DNA of 64,000 nt, taken from NCBI GenBank assembly GCA_963761305.1, contig CAVXGK010000002.1, positions 1,920,001-1,984,000 of the forward strand. The letters run 5' to 3'. Positions 1 through 11,308 of the stretch are shown piece by piece. The first letter of the stretch is position 1; every line of letters begins with the position of its first letter. Source of the DNA: an uncultured Gemmatimonadaceae bacterium. Its GTDB lineage: Bacteria; Gemmatimonadota; Gemmatimonadetes; Gemmatimonadales; Gemmatimonadaceae. The translations under genes were made by a program, and so were the position numbers. Under the pieces are notes generated by a model. That model made no database searches. It was not told the DNA's origin and saw only the letters and a program-made list of their open reading frames with translations.

Positions 1-254
1 AGGGCACGCCGTCCTTCGGACTCGGCGCCGTGAGCTGGAACTACAACACGTACACGTGGCACACCAACCGGGACACGTACGACAAGGTCGTGTTCGACGA
101 CCTCAAGCACAACGCAACCCTGGCGGCGATGCTCGCGTATCTGGCGTCGGAAGACCCCGACTTCATATCGCGGGACCGATCACCGGGGACCTGGCCGCCG
201 AACTGGCCGGAGAACTGTGGGAAGGCACCACGAAAGACCAGGCCGAGATTGTAA
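1..254 (+). CDS. C-terminal part of an M28/M20-family metallopeptidase (5' end outside window)
   Basis: Frame reads GTPSFGLGAVSWNYNTYTWHTNRDTYDKVVFDDLKHNATLAAMLAY; the WHT..DT.DK motif is typical of the M28 C-terminal Zn-ligand His region. Confidence 0.75.
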   Translation, partial: GTPSFGLGAVSWNYNTYTWHTNRDTYDKVVFDDLKHNATLAAMLAYLASEDPDFISRDRSPGTWPPNWPENCGKAPRKTRPRL

Positions 255-410
255 TCCGATTCGTGAAGCGGCGAGCCCGTCAGTCGTTTTACGACGCGAG
301 CCGGGCTCGGCAAAATCGCGAATTTTCAAATCCTGTGACGCACCTGACGGCGGGCGCGTCCATCGGCCAGTATTCCTCTGACCGCACTTTTCCTAGAGGA
401 GCCACGAGCA

Positions 411-926
411 ATGGCGATTTGGAAGGAAACCTCACCGAAAAAGGACGCCCCGATGACCCCCGCACCCGCCGCCCCAGAACCGGCATTCCGCAGAGAGCCC
501 GACTCCTCCATGGACAACTCGTTCAGCGCATCCTCGATGCGTCGTCCCGCCCGCGAGGGACGTGAATCCATGATCGCGTCCGACATCACCATCGAAGGCA
601 AGATCGAGGGCGCGGGCAACGTCCGCCTCGCCGGCCGCTTCAAGGGTGACGTCAGCATCCAGGGCGACCTCACCATCGAAGCCGGCGCGAAGCTCACCGG
701 CAGCGTCCGAGCCAACGCGGTCGTCATCGCGGGCGAGGTCGAAGGCAACATCGAGAGTGCGCAACGCGTCGAGCTCCAGGAGACGGGCATTCTCAATGGC
801 GACCTCAAGGCTGGCACGCTCACCGTGGCGGCGGGTTCGCGCATGCGAGGCCGCTCCGAGTTTGGCTGGGGCGAGGAGCTGGCGACGTCGAAGCCCGCGC
901 TCAAGTTGGGGATCGGCACGCTCTAG
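411..926 (+). CDS. Bactofilin (polymer-forming cytoskeletal protein)
   Basis: SMIASDITIEGKIEGAGNVRLAGRFKGDV...VVIAGEVEGNIESAQRVELQETGILNGDL beta-helix pattern; GAGGAG upstream. Confidence 0.9.
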   Translation: MAIWKETSPKKDAPMTPAPAAPEPAFRREPDSSMDNSFSASSMRRPAREGRESMIASDITIEGKIEGAGNVRLAGRFKGDVSIQGDLTIEAGAKLTGSVRANAVVIAGEVEGNIESAQRVELQETGILNGDLKAGTLTVAAGSRMRGRSEFGWGEELATSKPALKLGIGTL

Positions 927-1465
927 TGAACACGTTTCGCGCGCCGGCGGGATCCACTCGCCTCTGCCCGCATTGCCGGGCGGTGATTCTCCAGAACGCG
1001 AGTACCTGCCCGGCGTGCCGGAAGCATCTGAAATTCGAGCCCGGCGCGACGGCAACCCCCGCGCCGAGCTTTTCCGCGCTCAGTCTCGAAGGAAGCGTGC
1101 GTCACCCCAACGTCGGCCAGCCGTGGGAATACTCGGTGCTGGTCTCGATCAAGAACGAAAAGGGTGAGGAAGTCGCGCGACAGGTGGTGAACGTGGGAGC
1201 ACTACAGCCGGGCGAACTGCGATCGTTCAGCTTCGGCGTGGACGTCTTCGTGCCGGGCGACTCGAAGTTGGCGACGCCCGCGACAGCCGACTCGCCGGTC
1301 AGCTCCCCCGGGGTCACGGCGCCGCCGCTGGCTGCGGCCGCGTCGCCATCGCCGACGGCATCGGTGCCGAGTGGAACGCGGCCGGGCTCGACGCCGTCGG
1401 TGCCGAGCGGCACGAGGCCGCCGGGAACGGCGTCTGTACCTAGCGGGACTCGGCCGAGGCGATAA
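926..1465 (+). CDS. Hypothetical protein: N-terminal zinc ribbon (CPHC...CPAC), central beta domain, tail with three SVPSGTRP repeats
   Basis: Translation; GTG start overlaps the bactofilin stop codon. Confidence 0.7.
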   Translation: MNTFRAPAGSTRLCPHCRAVILQNASTCPACRKHLKFEPGATATPAPSFSALSLEGSVRHPNVGQPWEYSVLVSIKNEKGEEVARQVVNVGALQPGELRSFSFGVDVFVPGDSKLATPATADSPVSSPGVTAPPLAAAASPSPTASVPSGTRPGSTPSVPSGTRPPGTASVPSGTRPRR

Positions 1466-1468
1466 CGG

Positions 1469-1488
1469 CCAACAACAATCGTTGTTGG
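1469..1488. terminator. Small hairpin between convergent genes
   Basis: CCAACAAC-AATC-GTTGTTGG, perfect 8-bp inverted repeat. Confidence 0.4.
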
Positions 1489-1498
1489 TGTTGTAGCT

Positions 1499-2113
1499 CT
1501 ACTGTGCGTGCGCCGGGAACGTGTGCGTCGGCGACGCCAGCATCGCCTGCATTCGCGCAATCTCCCCTCGCTGATCCGTATCCACGTCTGACGCGAACCG
1601 GAAGATCTCCGACGCCTGCCCGGCGCCGGGCGTCGCGAAGAGATCCTTCACCATCTGAATCGCGCCCTGGTGGTGCTGGATCATGTCGGTGAGAAACAGC
1701 CGGTCGAACGTCGAGTCGCGTGCCTTGTCGAGCTCGGTGAGCTGCGCGTCGGTCAGCATACCCGGCATCATCATCGGGTGCGGATCGTTGGGATCGGGCA
1801 CCGCCTGATTCCGGTCCTTGAGCCACGTCGACATCATTGCGATCTCGTCTTTCTGCGAGACGTTGATCTTCGTGCAGAGCAATTGAACCGACGGCCCCGC
1901 GCCGTGCGTCGGCGCCATGGCGGCCATTTTGAGCGCCTGTGCGTGATGGTGAATCATCCCCTGCATGAATCGCACGTCGGCGGCGGTGTAGTTGGCGCCG
2001 GGCGGAATCTTGATCTCCGCCATCGACATCGCGGGATGTTCATTCCCGCGGCACGCGCCGAGCGGAAGCGCGACGGCGATCAAACCGGAGACGAGGTGGC
2101 GTTGCTTGAGCAT
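1499..2113 (-). CDS. DUF305-family lipoprotein (Met/His-rich ferritin-like, putative metal binding)
   Basis: ADVRFMQGMIHHHAQALKMA and FDRLFLTDMIQHHQGAIQM motifs; lipobox LGAC. Confidence 0.85.
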   Translation of the reverse strand: MLKQRHLVSGLIAVALPLGACRGNEHPAMSMAEIKIPPGANYTAADVRFMQGMIHHHAQALKMAAMAPTHGAGPSVQLLCTKINVSQKDEIAMMSTWLKDRNQAVPDPNDPHPMMMPGMLTDAQLTELDKARDSTFDRLFLTDMIQHHQGAIQMVKDLFATPGAGQASEIFRFASDVDTDQRGEIARMQAMLASPTHTFPAHAQ

Positions 2114-2159
2114 TTGTGAGCTGAGCGACGAGACGGTGACTCATCATACCCGCGCCGCT

Positions 2160-2223
2160 GTCCATGTGTCCACCTTTTCACCTGTCCACCTGTCCACCTG
2201 TCCACCTGTCCACCTGTCCATCG
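2160..2223. repeat. Octamer tandem repeat (GTCCACCT) x8, some units degenerate
   Basis: gtccatgt gtccacct tttcacct gtccacct gtccacct gtccacct gtccacct gtccatcg. Confidence 0.9.
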
Positions 2224-2285
2224 TGCGGGCGGCCGTGTGCACCCAACCGCCCGCACGGAATCGTTCGTCTACCTCGTGATGTGTG

Positions 2286-3062
2286 CTACGCCGCCGGCGG
2301 TGCGGCAGCTACGACGGGCGTAGTCGTCACCGGCGCCGGAGCGTTCACCGATGGCGGTGGCGTCGGAGCCGGTGCCGGACTGAGCGCCCGCGCCGCCTGC
2401 TCTACCCCGGCGACCGGCCCGCCTCTCGAGTCGACCCGCCGCGCCTTCCTCCACTCGGCCAGCAACCCGCTGTGCGCGACGTCCGCCGAGAGAATCGGGA
2501 CGACGAAGTCGTTGAGCGCCTTGAAGGCCAGGCGCGCGCGATTCTCGAGGTCCTTGAGCGTTCCGGTGGCGCTGGACCGCTGACCGCGCGCCGCGGCCCG
2601 CGTGTCGATCGACGTTTTCACCGCGTCGGCCGCGGCGGTGAGGTTCGCAATGAAATCCTGCGACAGCCCCGCGTCGATGAACACCTGCGCGTACGGCTGC
2701 GCCGCCTCGGCCATCCCATGCGCATGGGCGAGCAGACTGACGACGCGGGTGTTCGGACTCGGCATCGTCATCGCTTGGAAGTTGGGGACGGTCCTCAACT
2801 TCGCCCGCGCGACCGATGCGATCGGCTGCATGTGATTCAACCGCAGCGCGAGGCGCAACGTGCGCTGCCTCGCGGTCTCGCCGATCGCGTTGACGCGCCC
2901 CGCGACTTGTTGGCCGCCGCTGTCGCCGAGTGCATCGACGATCGCGTCGAGGTCGGCGCGCATTCCCGACTTGTTGATGGTGCCCAACAGAGCGTCGTTG
3001 GTGATCAAGAACGCCTGGATGCGGCGTCCCGTGTTGTAGATCCGTTCTTGTAAACTGTTCAA
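2286..3062 (-). CDS. Hypothetical, predicted alpha-helical protein with Pro/Ala-rich tail
   Basis: 258-aa ORF with protein-like composition; GGAGG just upstream of the TTG start. Confidence 0.75.
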   Translation of the reverse strand: MNSLQERIYNTGRRIQAFLITNDALLGTINKSGMRADLDAIVDALGDSGGQQVAGRVNAIGETARQRTLRLALRLNHMQPIASVARAKLRTVPNFQAMTMPSPNTRVVSLLAHAHGMAEAAQPYAQVFIDAGLSQDFIANLTAAADAVKTSIDTRAAARGQRSSATGTLKDLENRARLAFKALNDFVVPILSADVAHSGLLAEWRKARRVDSRGGPVAGVEQAARALSPAPAPTPPPSVNAPAPVTTTPVVAAAPPAA

Positions 3063-3307
3063 ATGTCCTCCGACAGATGAGTGATTGGATGAACTGGCGT
3101 CGAGCTGTCTTGCAGTCCTGCTGAACTGCGGTTCCGAGCAATTGATGCCGTCGCCTGGCCTCCTTGGTTGTCGTTTCGGCGAGTTGATGCTCGCTCGAGA
3201 CGCGTCGACGTCGTCTTCACGAGCTCCAACGTGAGCGGTTCATGTGGCGATGGTGTGGCACCTCCGTGTGAGGGGTGTTGAGATCGGCCGGATGTAGACG
3301 GTTCCGC

Positions 3308-3433
3308 GCCGAGTGAACGGCGGACTCCGTCGAGTGAACGACGGAGACCGTCGAGCGAACGATGAACGCCGTCGAGTGAACGGTGAACACGGTTGAGTGA
3401 ATGCGTGCGACGGTCGAACGAGTGCGTCGACCT
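3308..3433. repeat. 21-bp tandem repeat, about 6 degenerate units (consensus GTCGAGTGAACG...)
   Basis: Units start at 3308, 3329, 3350, 3371, 3392, 3413; the minus strand reads heptads VFTVHST/AFIVRST/VSVVHST. Confidence 0.85.
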
Positions 3434-3600
3434 CGAGAATGCCGCGTCACCGCTCGCGAATGGTCGCGGAGCGGCGAGTGGTGCCCGCTACGCCCACGCC
3501 TGCTCGGCGGAGCCGGCGGCGCGCGTCGCCCTACGTAGTGGTCTAGGATCTGAACGGCGAGGAATGGCCGTTCGCGCTTCGGCGCCGAGAGGGGGCGAGA

Positions 3601-4088
3601 ACTTCGCGACACGCGCCCCTCTACTTATGTCTTATCGCCGGACCGCGTTTCGGGTCAAGGCAAATTTTGCCGGCTGTAAAAGCCTCATTGAAGAACTTTA
3701 CCACGCCGAGCCCGGTCATATTGACTCACATTGGCTGGCAGCCGAGCCGACACGACGGCGAAGTTCGGCGATTCGCGGGCGCTCTCTCCTAGACGGTTTA
3801 GGCAACATCGTGTGCTGCGGATCTTTGCCTAGTCGATCTAGGAGAGCTTTTTTTCTGCCCGACGTTATCCGTCGCCAGACGGACTTAACTGCCCGCATCG
3901 CCGAGCCGCCGCTGGCAACCGAGGCGTCATTCTCGCGGGCCCCTGATCTTCTAAACGTTCAATTGAACGACTTTATACGCAGCCATGACGCTCGCCTGAC
4001 GCGTATAACCGTTTACGACGGTTAGGGGATACCCCGAAACCGCGGTCGGCGGATAAGTAATAAGTAGAGAGGCTCGAGTCACCGAAGT
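3601..4088. other. Non-coding segment bounded by ~55-bp imperfect inverted repeats (3601-3654 and 4033-4088)
   Basis: Reverse complement of the left arm, cccgaaacgcggtccggcgataagacataagtagaggggcgcgtgtcgcgaagt, aligns with the right arm cccgaaaccgcggtcggcggataagtaataagtagagaggctcgagtcaccgaagt. Confidence 0.75.
3781..3854 (+). terminator. Long hairpin followed by T7, resembling an intrinsic terminator
   Basis: CTCTCCTAGA/TCTAGGAGAG and TAGGCAA/TTGCCTA stems, then TTTTTTT. Confidence 0.6.
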
Positions 4089-4258
4089 CGGAGGGTGTGG
4101 AGGGGGCGACCACGACCGTCGATCCCCCGCCGCTTCGCGGCAGACTCCACCGCGTCACGCCGAAACTGTGGTCTGTTGTCGGATGTCAGTTCCCGACTTC
4201 GAGCCCACAGCCGTACCCCGCGTGCCGAGACAACTCCCAGAGTGGCCGTGATCTAGGC

Positions 4259-4282
4259 GTCCACCTGTCCACCCGTCCACCT
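4259..4282. repeat. Octamer repeat GTCCACC(T/C) x3
   Basis: gtccacct gtccaccc gtccacct. Confidence 0.75.
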
Positions 4283-4385
4283 GCGAGTAAGCGAACGCCG
4301 AGACTCTTGTAAGCCTTTGACGGAATCGCTGGCCGCGCCGAACGACTGAAGTAGAATCCGGCCATACCGTCATCCGGAGATCTCG

Positions 4386-4913
4386 ATGCGGGTCATCAGG
4401 CACCTTGCGACCGCGGTCGTGCTCGCCGCGGCGTCACGCCCATCAGCGGCTCAGACCCAGACCGCCGCGCAGTCGCCGTGTGCCGCGCCTGATCGACATC
4501 GCTTCGACTTCTGGATCGGCGAATGGCAAGTCGCGACGCCGGACGGAAACGTCGTGGGGGCGAGCAGCGTTCAATCGATGGCCGGCGGCTGTGGATTGCT
4601 CGAGAACTGGACCGCGTCGAATGGAAGCACGGGCAAGAGCCTGAACGCGTACAACCCCACCGCCAAGCAGTGGCAGCAATACTGGGTCGGTCAAGGCGGC
4701 TTGGTCACCGAGTATCGCGAGAGCGAGTGGCACGACGGCTCGCTCTCGTTCGTCGCGCGCCCGTCGGCGGGTGCACCGGCCGCTCCGACCCAACGGCTCA
4801 CCTTCACGCCGGTGAACGACAGCACAGTGCGCCAACACGGTGAAAGTTCGGCCGACGGTGGGAGCACATGGACGACGACCTACGACTTTTACTATCACCG
4901 CCGGCGCACGTAG
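4386..4913 (+). CDS. Secreted hypothetical protein (DUF1579-like beta-barrel)
   Basis: Signal peptide; FDFWIGEW, W.Q.WV and S.DGG.TW motifs; GGAGA upstream. Confidence 0.7.
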   Translation: MRVIRHLATAVVLAAASRPSAAQTQTAAQSPCAAPDRHRFDFWIGEWQVATPDGNVVGASSVQSMAGGCGLLENWTASNGSTGKSLNAYNPTAKQWQQYWVGQGGLVTEYRESEWHDGSLSFVARPSAGAPAAPTQRLTFTPVNDSTVRQHGESSADGGSTWTTTYDFYYHRRRT

Positions 4914-4934
4914 TCGCGCGGGTGTATCGACGAA

Positions 4935-7643
4935 CTACTCGGAGCGCAGCGCTTCGACCGGATCCGCCTGCGCGGCGCGCCACGCGGGAACGAGTGACGC
5001 GATCGCGGCAATCAGCAGCAGCGTCGCCGCCGCGATCGTCATGGCGCTCGGGTCTGTGGCCTTGATGCCGTAGAGCAGCGACGAGACCAATCGGCCGGCA
5101 ACGAGAGCGAGCCCGACGCCCACGGCCACGCCGACCGACACCGTTCGCAGCCCCTCGCGCAACACCTGACCCAACACGTCACGAGTCGTCGCGCCGAGCG
5201 CGGCACGGACACCGAATTCGTGCGTGCGTTGGCTCACACCGTACGACACGCTGCTGTACACGCCGACGCCCGCCACGACGAGCGCGAGCAGGCCGAAGAG
5301 CGTGAAGAGCGTCGCTCCGAGCCGCCACGGCCGGTACTCTGGTTCCATCGCGGCGGCCATCGTCGTGGAGCGCGAGTAGACGTTGGGAAATTCCGTGCGC
5401 AGCATCGCGCGCATTTCGTTGAGCACGGCGGTGGTTCGACCTGGATCGACGCGCAGCACGACGTCGCCCACGCCCCATCCGCCGATCGGCATGTGATCCA
5501 ACTGGAGATACATGTGCGGCGACGGATCTTCTTTCACCTCGTTGAGCATCGCCGTCTGCGCGACGCCAATGATCGTCGCGCACGTCGGCGACTCTTCGAA
5601 TCGGATGCAGCGGCCGAGCGGGTCTTCCTGCGGCCAGAGGGCGTCCGCCATCGCCTGATTCACGATGACGCCGTATGGAGCCGCCCGGCTCGGCGACGGC
5701 GAGAAGTCGTGGCCGCGCAGCAACCGCGTGCCGGACGCGGCGAAGAAGCCAGACGTGACCGCGGTGTAGATGCCGGCGGGTTTCTTGTGCGCGAGAGTGT
5801 CGGCGTCGGGTGCATACGTCGTGAACTGAAAGCCGTACTTCGGTCGAATCGACGTGTACGCGACGCGCTCGACGCCCGGAATGCGCTCGAACCTCGGCCG
5901 CATCGCCAGCAGATGTTCGGACTGCGCGCGCCTGGCGGCGGAATCGAGAGCTCCATTGGCGAGCGACACGAACGCGAGACGATCGACCGAGTAGCCGATG
6001 TCGAAGGATTCGACGTTGGTCAGGCTGCGGACGAACAACGCCGCTCCGACCAGGAGCATGACGGACAGTGCGGCTTGCACGACGACAAGTGATGAACGCA
6101 GCCGCGACGGGCGCGACGATCCTTCGCGGGCGCCGGCCTTCAACGCGCTCGTGAGATCCGGCGACAGCGTTTGCAGGGCGGGCACGAGGCCGGCGACGAT
6201 ACCACAGGCGAGAGCCGCGAGGCCCGCGAATACGAGGACGCGCACGTTGACCGGCGACTCGGCCCAATGGATCTCCGGGGTAAGCAGTTGCCGGAGAAGT
6301 GTGCCGCCCCACAGTGCCGCGAACGCGGCGGCGACCGCCGCGACCAACGCCAGCAGAAGGCTCTCGGTCACCAGCAGCCGAACGAGGCGCGCGCGCGACA
6401 CGCCGAGCGTCAGCCGGATCGCGATTTCTCTGCGACGTCGCACGGCACGCGCGAGCAGGAGATTCACGATGTTCGCGCAGGCGACGATCAACACGATGAT
6501 CGCTACGCCGCCTAGGCGCGTGGCCACCTGAACGCTGCTATCGACCTTTCCCGGACCGCGCGCCCGGACGACTGATCCGAATTGCGCGACGACCGACGTG
6601 TCCCGCAGGTAGTCGATGCCGGGTCCGCGCAGCCGGTTCGTCACCCGCTGAATCAGCTCGCCTTCCCGTGCGTCCGGCGCCAGACGCATTCCCACTTGGA
6701 ATCCGTTGATCCGCGGATTGCGATACCACGGATCCTTCCCGGCCGGCATGCCCGACCCGATCGGCCGCCAGATGTCCACAGCGTCGAGATCGATGCCGCT
6801 GAAGCGCGCCGGGGCGACACCGATGATCGTGTATCGGCGCAGCGTGCTTCTGCCATACTGCCCGTCGTTGATCTCGATCGTTCGACCGAGAACTCGCGGA
6901 TCGCCGTCGAGACGGCTTCGCCAGAAGGCGTCGCTGACGACGACGACGGCCACCGGAGCGTCGACGCGGTCCTCCTCGGGCGAGTAGAACCTGCCCATCG
7001 CCGGACGCACGCCAAGCACGCGGAAATAATTCGCGGTCGCGTCGGAAACGTTCGCCTTCGGTGGATCTTCGCCGCCGCCGATCGCACTCGAGACCGGATA
7101 GCGGTATGCGAAGAGGTCCGCCTGGGCGCCGACGGTCGCTGAGAGGGCGTCGTACGATGCGTAATCGAAGCCCGGCCAGAATTGCGGTCCGTTGGAGAAG
7201 TGTCGCTCGACCCACAGTCGGCGCACCTCCGCGGGCCGCGCGACACCGGTCGGCGGCCGAACGAAGATCGCATCGAGCAACGAGAACATCGCCGCGTTGG
7301 CGCCGAGGCCGAGCGCGAGCGTGATGATGATGGTGAGCGAGACAGCCGGCGTTCGGCGTAACGAGCGAGCGGAATACACGAGGTCTTGCCGCAGCGCGTC
7401 GAACCACTCGCCATGATCTTCTCGGCGCGCGACTCGATCGCCGATCTCGCGGAGACCGCGCCGAACGGCCTCGACGTCGCCGAACTCAATGGTCGCTTGC
7501 GCCCGCGCCGCGTCGTGCGTCGCGCCCTGTGCCACCAGCTCCTCGATGCGAGCCTCGAAATGAAAGCGCAGCTCGTCGTCGATGTCGGCGCGCACGTCGC
7601 GCCGCCAGAACCGGAGATAGCGATACAAGCGCGACGCGGTCAT
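4935..7643 (-). CDS. ADOP-family duplicated (MacB/FtsX-like) ABC permease
   Basis: N-terminal DIDDELRFH prefix, QDLVYSARSLRR, IVACANIVNLLLARAVRRRREIAIR, PAWRAAQADPVEALRSE; ATG overlaps the PadR stop. Confidence 0.9.
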   Translation of the reverse strand: MTASRLYRYLRFWRRDVRADIDDELRFHFEARIEELVAQGATHDAARAQATIEFGDVEAVRRGLREIGDRVARREDHGEWFDALRQDLVYSARSLRRTPAVSLTIIITLALGLGANAAMFSLLDAIFVRPPTGVARPAEVRRLWVERHFSNGPQFWPGFDYASYDALSATVGAQADLFAYRYPVSSAIGGGEDPPKANVSDATANYFRVLGVRPAMGRFYSPEEDRVDAPVAVVVVSDAFWRSRLDGDPRVLGRTIEINDGQYGRSTLRRYTIIGVAPARFSGIDLDAVDIWRPIGSGMPAGKDPWYRNPRINGFQVGMRLAPDAREGELIQRVTNRLRGPGIDYLRDTSVVAQFGSVVRARGPGKVDSSVQVATRLGGVAIIVLIVACANIVNLLLARAVRRRREIAIRLTLGVSRARLVRLLVTESLLLALVAAVAAAFAALWGGTLLRQLLTPEIHWAESPVNVRVLVFAGLAALACGIVAGLVPALQTLSPDLTSALKAGAREGSSRPSRLRSSLVVVQAALSVMLLVGAALFVRSLTNVESFDIGYSVDRLAFVSLANGALDSAARRAQSEHLLAMRPRFERIPGVERVAYTSIRPKYGFQFTTYAPDADTLAHKKPAGIYTAVTSGFFAASGTRLLRGHDFSPSPSRAAPYGVIVNQAMADALWPQEDPLGRCIRFEESPTCATIIGVAQTAMLNEVKEDPSPHMYLQLDHMPIGGWGVGDVVLRVDPGRTTAVLNEMRAMLRTEFPNVYSRSTTMAAAMEPEYRPWRLGATLFTLFGLLALVVAGVGVYSSVSYGVSQRTHEFGVRAALGATTRDVLGQVLREGLRTVSVGVAVGVGLALVAGRLVSSLLYGIKATDPSAMTIAAATLLLIAAIASLVPAWRAAQADPVEALRSE

Positions 7644-7984
7644 GACTCGGCGGGAACGGCGACCATCACGCGAGCGACGGCGGCGGCGTAGTCGTTCCAC
7701 GTTTCAGTCTCAGCCCGCAGCGCACGGCGGCCGGCCGCGGTGAGCCGATAGAACTTGGCGCGCTTCTTCTTGTCCGACGCGCCCCACTCCGACGACACCC
7801 ACCCGCGCTCTTCCATCCGGTGCAGCGCCGTATAGAGCGCGCCGTCGAGCACCTTGAAACTGCCGCTCGATCCTTCACGGATAAATCGCGCCACGCCGTA
7901 CCCGTGCATCGGCCCCCAGGACAGCGCGCGCAGCACCAGCACGTCGAGCGTGCCCTGCAAGAGATCCAGCTCCCGAGTCGTCAT
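7640..7984 (-). CDS. PadR-family transcriptional regulator (acidobacterial type)
   Basis: LLQGTLDVLVLRAL..GPMHGYGV...GALYTALHRME..GW...RAKFYRLT; ATGA coupling to the permease. Confidence 0.92.
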   Translation of the reverse strand: MTTRELDLLQGTLDVLVLRALSWGPMHGYGVARFIREGSSGSFKVLDGALYTALHRMEERGWVSSEWGASDKKKRAKFYRLTAAGRRALRAETETWNDYAAAVARVMVAVPAES

Positions 7985-8056
7985 GCCCCACGATAAGGGC
8001 GGCCGCTGATTACATCAAGTGTTGAGGGAGTGGAACCCAGGTGGACCGGTGGGCCG

Positions 8057-8461
8057 TCAGTCGGCGACGACGACCGCGGTGCCCGCCGCCTTGTCGCCGA
8101 GGCGCTGGTGTTTGTCACCGAAAATGAAGATCCAGTCGATCGGGCCGAGCATCGTGAAGATGTTTCGAATGAACGAATGGCCCCAGGTGCAGGGCGCGCC
8201 GGTTTCCGCATCGATCACGCGCGTGCCGAGCCACTGCTTCGCCAAGCTCTGTCCACCGTGCAGGCCGTCACCGAATCCGAGATAGAAAAGCATCCAAACC
8301 ACGCTGGCGGTCCCCCAAACACCGCCGAGCGACGGAAGGACGCGAGCGATCGCCGGCGACACCATGAGGGGCGCCGTCGCGAAGAAGCCGTCGATCATCT
8401 GACCGAGGAAGCGCTGCCACCGGGTGGCGAGCACGAGGTGAACCTGTGAGTCGGTGCCCAT
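8057..8461 (-). CDS. RDD-family membrane protein
   Basis: LATRWQRFLGQMID, GQSLAKQWLG.RV, QRLGDKAAGT. Confidence 0.85.
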   Translation of the reverse strand: MGTDSQVHLVLATRWQRFLGQMIDGFFATAPLMVSPAIARVLPSLGGVWGTASVVWMLFYLGFGDGLHGGQSLAKQWLGTRVIDAETGAPCTWGHSFIRNIFTMLGPIDWIFIFGDKHQRLGDKAAGTAVVVAD

Positions 8462-8583
8462 AGCCGGGAAACTGAGCGGCTGCGCGCGATCGCGCGATCC
8501 CGTGGCGGTCACGGCGCTTGACGCGCTGACGTCACATCGCCGAACTTCCGTTCACCCGCCCTTCCCCTCCGTCCGAAGGACGC

Positions 8584-11266
<2,683 letters not shown>

Positions 11267-11308
11267 GAAGGCCGTCAACGGAGCGCGCTGGACGCCGCGG
11301 CGACATTT

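Noticed and set aside
3308..3433. CRISPR array (also considered for 36492-37062 and the GACACAAACGGA elements)
   Set aside because: Units are contiguous or inverted with no unique spacers, and no cas genes are present
3620..3640. dif/Xer site suggested by TTATGT
   Set aside because: No matching XerC arm with a 6-bp spacer, and the XerD-like arm diverges after six bases
3393..4025. 210-aa ORF over the inverted-repeat element
   Set aside because: No recognisable motif, atypical composition and no clear RBS; probably spurious
3601..4210. Known RNA (tmRNA, RNase P, c-di-GMP riboswitch) in the structured non-coding region
   Set aside because: No tRNA-like ends or GAGGAAAGUCC motif; the GGCAAA...CCTAAACC match on the minus strand lacks the riboswitch architecture
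8015..8025. PadR operator TCAA-GTG-TTGA upstream of padR
   Set aside because: Position is plausible, but the palindrome is too short to support alone
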